From Calditrichia bacterium (lineage in GTDB: Bacteria > Calditrichota > Calditrichia > RBG-13-44-9): DNA of 12,247 nucleotides. Below the pieces are notes generated by a model, which was not told the DNA's origin, did no database searches, and saw only the letters and a list, made by a program, of their open reading frames with translations. A program made the translations under genes and the position numbers. Location of the stretch: contig JARRQT010000157.1 in assembly GCA_037381445.1 (NCBI GenBank), forward strand, positions 1 through 12,247, in the 5' to 3' direction. The stretch's first letter is position 1; each line of letters begins with the position of its first letter. Shown piece after piece: positions 1 to 8,291 of the stretch.

Positions 1-2067
1 GAAGTCCGGATGGCCAAAATCAGCAGTGAGATTTTGCGGGATCTGGAGAAGGATACTGTGGATTGGCGTCCCAATTTTGATGAGACACTGCAGGAGCCGA
101 TTGTACTTCCCAGCGTCTTCCCGAACCTGCTCTGTAACGGCGGATCGGGCATCGCCGTAGGTATGGCCACGAACCTGCCTCCCCATAATCTGCGGCAGGT
201 GGTAAATGCCATTGTGGCCACAATTGACAATCCGGATATCAATGTCGACGAATTGATGCAGCATATTTCCGGGCCGGATTTTCCTACCGGCGGCATCATC
301 TTCGGCGTAAACGGGATTAAAGAGGCCTATTCCACGGGCCGCGGAAAAATTATTGTCCGCGGACGGGCAAATGTTGAACATCTTCGCAACAACAAGACCA
401 GTATCATCATCAGTGAAATGCCCTATCAGGTAAACAAAGCTTCGTTTATCGAAAAAACCGCAGAACTGGTGCGGGACAAAAAAATTGACGGCATCAGCGA
501 TATCCGGGACGAATCGGACCGTGATGGAATTCGTGTGGTTTTGGAATTGAAACGGGATTCGGTCCCCGAAGTTGTTCTCAATCAGCTCTACAAGCACACC
601 CAATTGCAGGTGACTTTCGGCATCATCAATCTTGCTCTGGTTGATGGAATTCCCCGTGTGCTGACGCTGCGGCAATTAATCCAGTATTTTATCAATCACC
701 GGCATGAAGTCATTCTGCGCCGCACGCGTTATGAACTGGACCAGGCCGAGAAACGGGCCCACATTCTGGAAGGTTTGAAGATTGCGCTGGATAATATCGA
801 TGAGATCATCGAACTGATCAAGAAATCCAGCAACCCGGAAACCGCCAGAGATAATCTGATGAAACGTTTCGGGCTTTCCGAAATTCAGGCCAAGGCGATA
901 CTTGACATGCGGCTGCAGCGGCTGACAGGTCTGGAAAGACAGAAAATCGAAGAAGAATATCGCGAGATTTTGAAGACCATTGAGCGTCTGAGAGCGATTC
1001 TTGAAAATATCAATCTGCAGATGCAGCTGATCAAAGATGAGCTGGTTGAACTGCGCGAAGCTTACGGAGATGACCGTCGCACAGAGATCATTCAGAATTT
1101 TGAAGAATTTTCAATTGAAGATATGATTGCCGAAGAAGATATGGTGATCACCATTTCCCGCGACGGTTACATCAAACGTTTTCCGGTTAGCGGGTATCGC
1201 CGGCAGAACAGGAACACCCGGGGAAGCACCGGTGCCGTCACCAAAGGGGAAGATTTCCTCGAGCATCTCTTTATTGCGTCCACTCATCACTATATCATGT
1301 TCTTTACCAACCTGGGCCGCTGCTACTGGCTGAAGGTGCATGAACTGCCGCAGGTGGGGAAAACCGGTAAGGGCCGGGCGATTATAAACATGATACAGAT
1401 CAGTAAGGATGAGAAAATCACCGCATTTGTCACGGTTAAAGAATTTACTGATGATGCCTATTTAATCATGGGCACCAAATGGGGAATGATCAAAAAGACG
1501 GTGCTGTCCGCCTATGGCAATCCCCGCCGGGACGGAATAAATGCAATTAAACTGAATGAAAATGATGAGCTGATCGAAGTCAAACTGACGGATGGCTCCA
1601 GTGATGTGATGCTTGCCACCACCCAGGGCATGGCAATTCGTTTCCCTGAAACCGAGGTGCGGGAAATGGGTCGTATTGCGGCAGGCGTGCGCGGCATCAA
1701 TCTGTCGAAGGATGATTATGTGATCGGAATGGTGGCAGTGAAGCGGGAAGGAACTCTGCTCTCGGTTACCCAGGAGGGCTTTGGCAAGAGGACCCACATC
1801 AAAGAATACCGCATTACGCATCGTGCCGGGAAAGGCATTAAAAACTTCAAGATATCGAAGAAGACCGGACGCGTTATTTCCATAATGGAAGTTGTGGATG
1901 ACGATGATCTGATGCTGATTTCCCTGAATGGCGTCCTTCTGAGATTGCATGTTGGAAATATCCGTTCCACCGGACGGGACACCATGGGCGTACGCCTGAT
2001 GCGGCTCGATTCGGGCGATCATGTGAGCGATGTGGCACGGATTATCACCAATGGTGATGAAGAATAA
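1..2067 (+). CDS. gyrA: DNA gyrase subunit A, 5'-truncated by the window edge
   Basis: The frame is open from base 1 (EVRMAKIS, which normally follows the catalytic AAMRYT motif), so the ATG at 10 is internal. GyrA motifs include PNLLCNGGSGIAVGMATNLPPHN, GPDFPTGG, IRDESDRDG and AILDMRLQRLTGLE. The C-terminal pinwheel has six repeated blades (e.g. GRIAAGVRGI, GRDTMGVRLM) and a short acidic end (GDEE). Confidence 0.95.
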   Translation, partial: EVRMAKISSEILRDLEKDTVDWRPNFDETLQEPIVLPSVFPNLLCNGGSGIAVGMATNLPPHNLRQVVNAIVATIDNPDINVDELMQHISGPDFPTGGIIFGVNGIKEAYSTGRGKIIVRGRANVEHLRNNKTSIIISEMPYQVNKASFIEKTAELVRDKKIDGISDIRDESDRDGIRVVLELKRDSVPEVVLNQLYKHTQLQVTFGIINLALVDGIPRVLTLRQLIQYFINHRHEVILRRTRYELDQAEKRAHILEGLKIALDNIDEIIELIKKSSNPETARDNLMKRFGLSEIQAKAILDMRLQRLTGLERQKIEEEYREILKTIERLRAILENINLQMQLIKDELVELREAYGDDRRTEIIQNFEEFSIEDMIAEEDMVITISRDGYIKRFPVSGYRRQNRNTRGSTGAVTKGEDFLEHLFIASTHHYIMFFTNLGRCYWLKVHELPQVGKTGKGRAIINMIQISKDEKITAFVTVKEFTDDAYLIMGTKWGMIKKTVLSAYGNPRRDGINAIKLNENDELIEVKLTDGSSDVMLATTQGMAIRFPETEVREMGRIAAGVRGINLSKDDYVIGMVAVKREGTLLSVTQEGFGKRTHIKEYRITHRAGKGIKNFKISKKTGRVISIMEVVDDDDLMLISLNGVLLRLHVGNIRSTGRDTMGVRLMRLDSGDHVSDVARIITNGDEE

Positions 2068-2100
2068 ATAACTTACCGGAGTCATCCGGGAACTTATGAC

Positions 2101-2140
2101 GGAGGGGATAGAAGAATTGTCTTTTATCCCCTTCCTTTTT
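2101..2140 (+). terminator. Rho-independent terminator after gyrA
   Basis: GGAGGGGATAGAAG-aattgt-CTTTTATCCCCTTCC stem (one bulge, one G-U) followed directly by TTTTT. Confidence 0.8.
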
Positions 2141-2247
2141 ATTTTGCCCTGTCTTGTTTTTACTGCTTTAAAATTCCCCCTTATTACGTATTGGTAGTAC
2201 ATGTCTTTATTCATATTTTATTAGAGTCCGACACAATATTCCTGATT

Positions 2248-2265
2248 CTGTGAATAATTTGTCAA
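2248..2265. promoter_or_regulatory. Putative Rex operator upstream of rex
   Basis: CTGTGAA-taat-TTGTCAA matches 11 of 14 positions of the Rex consensus TTGTGAA-N4-TTCACAA and lies in the rex leader. Confidence 0.5.
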
Positions 2266-2276
2266 TGGCCGAAAAA

Positions 2277-2305
2277 TTGTGGATTTATAGTTAATCATGT
2301 ATTAT
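2277..2305 (+). promoter_or_regulatory. Candidate sigma70 promoter of rex
   Basis: TTGTGG (2277-2282), 17-nt spacer, TATTAT (2300-2305); SD GGAGG at 2333-2337 before the ATG at 2342. Confidence 0.45.
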
Positions 2306-2341
2306 ATTTTGAGAAATTGATAACTAATACTCGGAGGAAAA

Positions 2342-2965
2342 ATGAAAAAAATATCCGATTCAACCATACGCCGAATGTCAAAATACTACCGCTCGCTGGA
2401 ACAGCTTATCGATAAAGAAATCGAAACGGTTTCGTCCGATACGCTGGCGGAGATGGATGGCATTACTTCCGCCCAGGTTCGCAAAGATCTGTCTTTTTTC
2501 GGCACATTCGGCAAAAGGGGATTTGGGTATAATACGAAAGCACTGCAAAAACAGATTGAAAACATTCTGGGACTTTACCGGACATGGAATGTGGTCATCG
2601 TGGGAGCCGGCAATATCGGGCGCGCGCTGACGGAGTATGCAGAATTTAAAAAACAGGGATTTATTATCCGCCAGATTCTGGACAGAGATCCGTCCAAAGT
2701 CGGGCAGCAGGTGCACGGCCTTACCATCCGGGATTTTAATGAGGTCAATGAAATTGTAAAAGAAGAGCAGATAGATATAGCAATTATTGCGGTGCCTGCG
2801 GATGCGGCCCAGGCTGTTGCGGATAAACTGGTGGCCGCGGGAGTAAAGGCAATTCTGAATTTTGCGCCCAGGAGTTTAAAGGTTCCTCAGGAGGTAATGG
2901 TAAAATATGAGAATATGGCCGTTGAAATGGAGTCGTTGTCCTATTTTCTTTCAAATAAAAAATAA
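2342..2965 (+). CDS. rex: Redox-sensing transcriptional repressor Rex
   Basis: Winged-helix motif TSAQVRKDLSFFGTFGKRGFGY, NAD-binding Rossmann motif VGAGNIGRAL, ILNFAP motif; 207 aa; GGAGG SD. Confidence 0.97.
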   Translation: MKKISDSTIRRMSKYYRSLEQLIDKEIETVSSDTLAEMDGITSAQVRKDLSFFGTFGKRGFGYNTKALQKQIENILGLYRTWNVVIVGAGNIGRALTEYAEFKKQGFIIRQILDRDPSKVGQQVHGLTIRDFNEVNEIVKEEQIDIAIIAVPADAAQAVADKLVAAGVKAILNFAPRSLKVPQEVMVKYENMAVEMESLSYFLSNKK

Positions 2966-3000
2966 CCGGAAACATAAAAATCTTTTCCAGTTCGAATCAG

Positions 3001-3034
3001 AATCTCCGGTAAATAGATTACCGGAGGTTTTTTT
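3001..3034 (+). terminator. Rho-independent terminator between convergent rex and the DUF456 gene
   Basis: AATCTCCGGTAA-ataga-TTACCGGAGGTT stem running into a T7 tract (3028-3034). Confidence 0.85.
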
Positions 3035-3051
3035 GGAAGCGGCAGTCTGGT

Positions 3052-3540
3052 TTATTTCAGAATAACCCACCACAGAAATGAACCGATCATGGTAAGGCCG
3101 ACAATAATTTTAAAAAGGCTGCCGCCGATAAATCCGACAAAGGTCCCCCATCCCGAGCGCAGGGCCTGACGCTGGTTTCTTCCTGCCAGCAGTTCACCGA
3201 TTACCGCCCCCAGGAATGGTCCGGCGATGATTCCTATCAAACCCAGAAATACAATTCCCAGAATTCCCCCGATAATCGATCCCCAGACACCGGCGGACGA
3301 TGCCCCGAACTTTTTGGCTCCCAGTGGCCCGGCATAGTAATCGAGCCAGATGATCAGCAGGGTGATCGCACCCCAGACGATCATCGCCGTGAGCCCGTAA
3401 TACTGCCAGTGGCTGGCAAACCCGTAGATGACATACCCCACATAAATAAGGGGAATACCCGGTAAGAGAGGAAGGACCGTTCCGATCAGACCGGCTATCA
3501 TGATGATCAGAGAGATGATTAAAAAGATCCAGTTTTCCAT
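3052..3540 (-). CDS. DUF456 (YqgC-like) membrane protein
   Basis: Hydrophobic, Gly-rich 162 aa with GLIGTVLPLLPGIPL, GAKKFGAS..GVWGSIIGG and GPFLGAVIGEL; SD GGAGG 6 nt upstream of the ATG. Confidence 0.9.
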   Translation of the reverse strand: MENWIFLIISLIIMIAGLIGTVLPLLPGIPLIYVGYVIYGFASHWQYYGLTAMIVWGAITLLIIWLDYYAGPLGAKKFGASSAGVWGSIIGGILGIVFLGLIGIIAGPFLGAVIGELLAGRNQRQALRSGWGTFVGFIGGSLFKIIVGLTMIGSFLWWVILK

Positions 3541-3578
3541 TTTGATCCTCCCAGCTGGTTAGTTGGTTTGCAAATTGC

Positions 3579-4166
3579 CTATTCCGGATTGCTGAGCCAT
3601 GATGCAAGCATTTCTTCCGTCCAGGAATCTTCTTCTGCACTATAGGGATACATTCCCTTTTCCAGGCGCTGACGACATGCTTCGTACAGAATCACCGCAG
3701 TCGCGACTGATACATTCAGACTTTCCACCATTCCGAACATTGGGATATAGATCGACTCATCGGCAATTTCGAGCATTGGATCCGATACACCGCGATGTTC
3801 GTTTCCCATGACAATTGCAGCCGGATGCACCCAGTCGACCTCGTGAATGCTTTTCGCCGCTTTTGAATGATGGGTGGCGTATATTTTCATTCCCTTCTTC
3901 TGCAGATAATTATGCAATTCATCAGTGCTTTCGTGCGCTACAGTATGAACCCACTTGTTTGCGGAGGCAGAGGATTTCTTACCCAGTTCGGGAAATGTCT
4001 CTTTAAAATAAAGCAACTGGACCTCCGGAATCCCCACGGCGTCACAACTACGCAAAATGGCGCTCACGTTGTGCGGATCATGAATGTTTTCGCAGACAAC
4101 AGTGAGGTCGCGCTGTCTCTGCAGCAATATAGCCACCATTTTGTTAATTCTTCTTTCCGTAACCAT
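3579..4166 (-). CDS. trmH: TrmH/SpoU-family RNA 2'-O-methyltransferase, probably tRNA Gm18 methyltransferase
   Basis: SPOUT motifs ENIHDPHNVSAILRSCDAVG, GNEHRGVS and IPMFGMVESLNVSVA; N-terminal RQRDLTVV and no separate substrate-binding domain, as in TrmH. Confidence 0.88.
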   Translation of the reverse strand: MVTERRINKMVAILLQRQRDLTVVCENIHDPHNVSAILRSCDAVGIPEVQLLYFKETFPELGKKSSASANKWVHTVAHESTDELHNYLQKKGMKIYATHHSKAAKSIHEVDWVHPAAIVMGNEHRGVSDPMLEIADESIYIPMFGMVESLNVSVATAVILYEACRQRLEKGMYPYSAEEDSWTEEMLASWLSNPE

Positions 4167-4436
4167 ATCGTGTTGGTATCTTCCTTTCCTCCAAATATAA
4201 AGGAATCCGGATTTCTAAAAAACCTTATTTATGCAAAATTGTTCTTTGGCGGAAAAAGGATGGCATTTAAATTGAGAATGTGCTGAAAGAGAATTTCTTT
4301 AAACGGTGATACAAGCCTCTTTAAGAGGATCAAATAACCGAGTTTTTTCCTAAACGCATAAAATCGAAATTTGGATGGCCAGCTCAAAAATAATGAAGCG
4401 AAATTGTGTGACAAACCCTCCGGTAAGGTATTGAAA

Positions 4437-4760
4437 TCAGACCTCTTCCCTCTCATCACTGCCGTACTGCAGTTGGACAAGGGCGCCGCATCCGCATTGG
4501 CATCTGAACTCGATGGCTTCAATAACGCCGTTATTTTCGATAAAGGTAATGTCTGGTGTGTCTTCGGTTACCTCGTCCCAACGAATTCTCTCAATATTTT
4601 TAAAGTCCGCCATCTGATTCTTTTTGATGATGCTGATTTTTTTGGCGGAGGATTTGAGTTCCCTGGCGGCGAAAGCGCTGGTATCTTCTGTGAATGAAGT
4701 AAAGTCCGTTTTATTTTTCATAGAAACATCACTACTTTTTTTAATGATATTATCGGACAC
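4437..4760 (-). CDS. Small hypothetical protein with a C-terminal CxCxC motif
   Basis: 107-aa ORF with GTG start and AGCAGG just upstream; polar, probably disordered N-terminus, then a beta-rich segment PDITFIENNGVIEAIEFRCQCGCGALVQLQY. Confidence 0.7.
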   Translation of the reverse strand: MSDNIIKKSSDVSMKNKTDFTSFTEDTSAFAARELKSSAKKISIIKKNQMADFKNIERIRWDEVTEDTPDITFIENNGVIEAIEFRCQCGCGALVQLQYGSDEREEV

Positions 4761-4898
4761 AACCTGCTTCGATTTAGCAATTTTTCTAACAAACTTAATT
4801 TAGCTAATTATTTTTTTGCGTGAACCGATGATAATGCAATGGAGGAGTATGCTGAAAAATATTATCAGGACGGAAATGAGACTGACTGTAAAAAAATC

Positions 4899-4928
4899 TT
4901 GATTAATTTATTGTTGTTTTGCTATTTT
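4899..4928 (+). promoter_or_regulatory. Candidate sigma70 promoter for the 4983 gene
   Basis: TTGATT (4899-4904), 18 nt, TATTTT (4923-4928) preceded by TGn. The context is AT-rich, so a chance match is possible. Confidence 0.3.
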
Positions 4929-4982
4929 TAATACGGCTTATCTTTTTAATTGCCATTTTAATATAATTGAAAGGAGCAGTGC

Positions 4983-6287
4983 ATGAAGAAGTTCTTATTC
5001 TGGGCAGTTATTTTTATGCTTGTTTCGACCACTGTTTTTGCACAAGGATTCAGAGATCCCTTTCAGGAACCGGACCAAAATAGCGTAATGGGCGGACTTG
5101 GAATGACCTGGATTGACGGTCAGCCCTATACCACTGTTACCCTGGCTCCCGAGTTCGCCTTCGGTAAAATAGGGATTGGATTTTACCTGCAATTGTTAAT
5201 GGATAACAACAATCAGTTCAAGCTGCGCAAAACCGAATATCAGGGCGGCGCGGGCGTTCTGCGGGCGATCAACTATGTCCGTTACGGGCGCAAGTACGAT
5301 CCATTTTATGCAAGGGTGGGAATGCTGGAAATGGCAACGCTGGGCAACGGTTTCCTGATGTGGAACTACAACAATGCGTCAAATTATGATAAGCGCAAAA
5401 TCGGTCTGGCTCTTGACATCGACTTCGGAAGATTCGGCTTCGAATCGGTAACCAGCAATCTGGGGCGGCTGGAGCTAATCGGAGGGACGCTTTATTTTCG
5501 TCCGTTCAGATTTATGAACGACAATGTCCCCATTCTCAGAAATTTTCGTATTTACGGGACGTATATCTATGATGCGGACGTTCCCTCCTGGGAGACCAAT
5601 GGTGAAACAGACGATTTGAGCGCCGTGGGGATTGGCGCGGATCTGCAATACCTCAATACTCCGCTGCTGAAATCAGCCATTTACTACGATTATGGTAAAT
5701 TTGTGGATTTCGGTCACGGCCAGGCCGTCGGTATCAATTTTGTTGTACCGGAGTTCATCGGCCTGTTTGGATTGGCTGCCAATTTCGAAAAACGGTTCAT
5801 CGGCGATCAATTTATTCCGAACTATTTCGGCCCGCTGTATGAACTGAGCCGTGAGCTAAATCCCTTCGATTATCCTGATCAAAGCCGCATACTGGATCTG
5901 AAATATGCAAAGAAAACAGAAGGATATTTCGGCCAGCTTGTTGGCCATGTTATTCATAAGGTCCGCCTGATCGGCAGTTATCAGCGGTTGAATGGAATTA
6001 AAAGGAGCGGAATTTTACATCTCGAAGCGCAGGCGCCCGATCTGGTTCCCAGGTTTGTTTTCAGGGGATATTATGACAAGACGGGTATTGAAACCTTTAA
6101 GGATTTCCGGACGCTTGATATCCGCTCTATTGCCACAGCCGAGGTCGGGTATCGTTTGAATCGTTTCCTGGTGGTCTCTACCCTATACCGCTGGTACTGG
6201 GTGAAAGAAGAAGACGCCAATGGGAATGTGAAATTCAAACCTGTTGAAAGGATTGAACCGCGAATTTCTTTTGATGTTAAGTTTTAA
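4983..6287 (+). CDS. Uncharacterised exported protein, probable outer-membrane beta-barrel
   Basis: Sec signal MKKFLFWAVIFMLVSTTVFA|Q; many alternating-hydrophobic, Gly/aromatic-rich strands; ends in ISFDVKF (terminal Phe, beta-signal-like); SD AAAGGAG upstream. Confidence 0.8.
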   Translation: MKKFLFWAVIFMLVSTTVFAQGFRDPFQEPDQNSVMGGLGMTWIDGQPYTTVTLAPEFAFGKIGIGFYLQLLMDNNNQFKLRKTEYQGGAGVLRAINYVRYGRKYDPFYARVGMLEMATLGNGFLMWNYNNASNYDKRKIGLALDIDFGRFGFESVTSNLGRLELIGGTLYFRPFRFMNDNVPILRNFRIYGTYIYDADVPSWETNGETDDLSAVGIGADLQYLNTPLLKSAIYYDYGKFVDFGHGQAVGINFVVPEFIGLFGLAANFEKRFIGDQFIPNYFGPLYELSRELNPFDYPDQSRILDLKYAKKTEGYFGQLVGHVIHKVRLIGSYQRLNGIKRSGILHLEAQAPDLVPRFVFRGYYDKTGIETFKDFRTLDIRSIATAEVGYRLNRFLVVSTLYRWYWVKEEDANGNVKFKPVERIEPRISFDVKF

Positions 6288-6295
6288 AAAAATGT

Positions 6296-6329
6296 GATAA
6301 GCCCTGCCGTCGGCAGGGCTTGTCTTTTT
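6296..6329 (+). terminator. Rho-independent terminator
   Basis: AAGCCCTGCCG-T-CGGCAGGGCTT perfect inverted repeat (6299-6321), extendable to 6296-6324, followed by TTTTT. Confidence 0.88.
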
Positions 6330-6414
6330 ATAAAGAATCCTGAGTTTTTGTTTGAGTCATTTTATTTTTCCATTTTAAACGTTAACATCATCCAAATGGA
6401 AGGGGGCAGATAAT

Positions 6415-7134
6415 TTGACTCCCGGACTTAATTCGCTTTCGGCTTTCCTTCATCGCAACATCGCGGCCCTGCTGGACCTCATCTATCCGCCGGTCTGTGC
6501 GGTCTGTCAGAACATTATCGAAGGTCAAAGAGATTTCCACCTGATCTGCCATCAATGTCTCGGGAACTGTGAGCCCGTCCCAACCCGATTCATCAGGACA
6601 GATATTCTGAACCGTCTAAGGCCTTGTTATATTGATAATATGTATATTGCCATCTGTTTCGATCAGACGGTTCAAACAGTTATTCATCATATCAAATATG
6701 AAAAAATGAACCATCTGGCGTACCGGTTCGCCCGGTGGGCGGAGAAATTTCTTACCACTGAGCTTCGGGCATTGGATGCGGAATACGTGGTTCCTGTCCC
6801 GCTACACCCTGCGCGCCGCAAAGAGCGGGGATACAATCAGAGCCTGTTCATTGCCCGGGGATTTTTTCATTCCGGTCCCGTTTCCATACGGGAAGAGATT
6901 CTGATACGAAGCAGAAATACCCGCTCGCAAACGGCTTTAAACCGCGATGAACGCAAAGAAAATGTAACGGATGCTTTTGTCGTGGCTGATGCGGAGTGCG
7001 TTAAAGGCTGCCATGTCATTTTGGTGGATGATGTGATCACCACCGGCGCGACAATAAACGAATGCGCACGAATTTTAAAAAAATCCGGTGCGGCAAAAGT
7101 CTCAGCGCTGGCTCTTGCCACACCGGTGGAGTGA
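6415..7134 (+). CDS. comF: ComF/GntX-family phosphoribosyltransferase-like competence protein
   Basis: LLDLIYPPVCAVC...LICHQC zinc ribbon, VPVPLHPARRKERGYNQS, and PRPP-binding loop ILVDDVITTGAT. The TTG start is uncertain. Confidence 0.92.
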   Translation: MTPGLNSLSAFLHRNIAALLDLIYPPVCAVCQNIIEGQRDFHLICHQCLGNCEPVPTRFIRTDILNRLRPCYIDNMYIAICFDQTVQTVIHHIKYEKMNHLAYRFARWAEKFLTTELRALDAEYVVPVPLHPARRKERGYNQSLFIARGFFHSGPVSIREEILIRSRNTRSQTALNRDERKENVTDAFVVADAECVKGCHVILVDDVITTGATINECARILKKSGAAKVSALALATPVE

Positions 7135-7156
7135 CAGCAAAGTCCGCTGAAAAAAT

Positions 7157-8044
7157 CTACTTCTGCTGATTCATCATATCCTGATATTTCTTCATCTGCT
7201 CCTGAATCATCTGCTGCATATTGACTTCTTTGAAATCCGCCGGAACCGCAAACATATCAGCCGGGACATTTTCAGAGGAAATATCCGTTATTTCATCGAT
7301 ATTCAGCCCGGAGCCGGAAATACTCTTGGTGAGAACAGGGACGCCCTGTTTTTCACGGTAAAACTGCTCTTCCTTTCCCTGTTCCAGCTTTGTCTGCATC
7401 AGGTTGTCCAGCTCACTGAAGATCGGCATGAAACTGTCAAACAAATTTTTGTCGTCTTTTGTCAGCCAGAGGTGCGTGTAATCGCCATCGCTGTCTTTCC
7501 CTTCATATAATTCACATTTGAAATTGTTGATGGTTTTTGTTTCTCCGGCGGACTTCATGGAAAATTGGTTGTCTTCCTCCATTCCCTGGTTATCCATATC
7601 GCCCATCTGTTTTTGGGCCTGTCCCATCATCTGGCTCATATTTTTGCCCATTTGCTCCATATCGGTAACCATGGCGGTTTTTGAGGCCCACTGCAGGGTG
7701 GTCATCTTTTTTGTATCCAGATTATAGATAATAGATACTTTTTGTCCTTCCTGATTGGTGTCAATCCGATAATTTTTGCCCTTCATATAAATGATGGCAG
7801 TCTCTTCGGAATACTCGTTCCCCTCAGACTCAGCCATTTTCTTCAGTTCAAGGTTGGACTTGCTGAACAGGTCATTGGCGTACTGAGTGAACCCGCTTTC
7901 ATCCGGGGCAGCAGATGGTGACAGCGAAACCGAGATATTTTTCTGCACGATTTTCCCTTCAAAACCAGAAGCAAGGAGGGAATTTTCAAAAATGAAGATC
8001 GCAACCAAAACCAGGCTTAGAAAAAGAAATCTTTTACTGCGCAT
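7157..8044 (-). CDS. Secreted DUF4412-domain protein
   Basis: Signal peptide followed by FEGKI; GETKTINNFKCELY and VPADMFAVPADFKEV motifs typical of DUF4412; Met/Gln-rich linker and tail; SD GGAGGA at 8056-8051. Confidence 0.82.
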   Translation of the reverse strand: MRSKRFLFLSLVLVAIFIFENSLLASGFEGKIVQKNISVSLSPSAAPDESGFTQYANDLFSKSNLELKKMAESEGNEYSEETAIIYMKGKNYRIDTNQEGQKVSIIYNLDTKKMTTLQWASKTAMVTDMEQMGKNMSQMMGQAQKQMGDMDNQGMEEDNQFSMKSAGETKTINNFKCELYEGKDSDGDYTHLWLTKDDKNLFDSFMPIFSELDNLMQTKLEQGKEEQFYREKQGVPVLTKSISGSGLNIDEITDISSENVPADMFAVPADFKEVNMQQMIQEQMKKYQDMMNQQK

Positions 8045-8261
8045 GACTATTCCTCCGTATAATTTGAAACACTTTAAAGAATTAAATATGAATGTCCCGC
8101 ATTGTCCACTCGAAATTTAAAAAATGACATCATCTCTATCCCTTCCTCGTTCCATCCAATTTCTGTCTTTCTTCGATGCGAGATTGTAGTGATGAATCAT
8201 CTTCATAAACCGTGATACGACCGGACAAAAATCACGAGTCTGTTTCATTTTACAGCGCATC

Positions 8262-8291
8262 ATTTTAACACAATATCTCTACCCTTGTAAA
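8262..8291 (-). promoter_or_regulatory. Candidate sigma70 promoter with extended -10 for the DUF4412 gene
   Basis: Minus strand TTTACA (8291-8286), 18 nt ending in TGT, then TAAAAT (8267-8262), i.e. TGnTAAAAT. It implies a leader of about 210 nt. Confidence 0.55.

Noticed and set aside
10..12. ATG at 10 as the gyrA start
   Set aside because: The frame is open upstream and the N-terminal region with the catalytic tyrosine is missing; the gene is cut by the window edge.
1462..2214. 250-aa antisense ORF over gyrA, and the other antisense or alternate-frame ORFs inside rex, DUF456, trmH, comF, DUF4412, Nudix and PDZ genes
   Set aside because: Shadow ORFs of well-supported genes with no protein-family features.
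4181..4205. TTCCTTT-N11-AAAGGAA hairpin upstream of trmH as a translational switch
   Set aside because: A weak 7-bp AT-rich stem with no alternative structure or aptamer evident.
4229..4522. 97-aa minus-strand ORF downstream of and overlapping the CxCxC gene
   Set aside because: It overlaps the better ORF by 86 nt, has no family motif and runs through AT-rich, intergenic-looking DNA.
4371..4697. 108-aa plus-strand ORF
   Set aside because: Antisense shadow of the 4437-4760 gene, with a TTG start and no SD.
7570..7670. Met/Gln-rich quasi-repeats in the DUF4412 gene
   Set aside because: Low-complexity linker typical of the family; no exact DNA tandem repeat or CRISPR-like periodicity.
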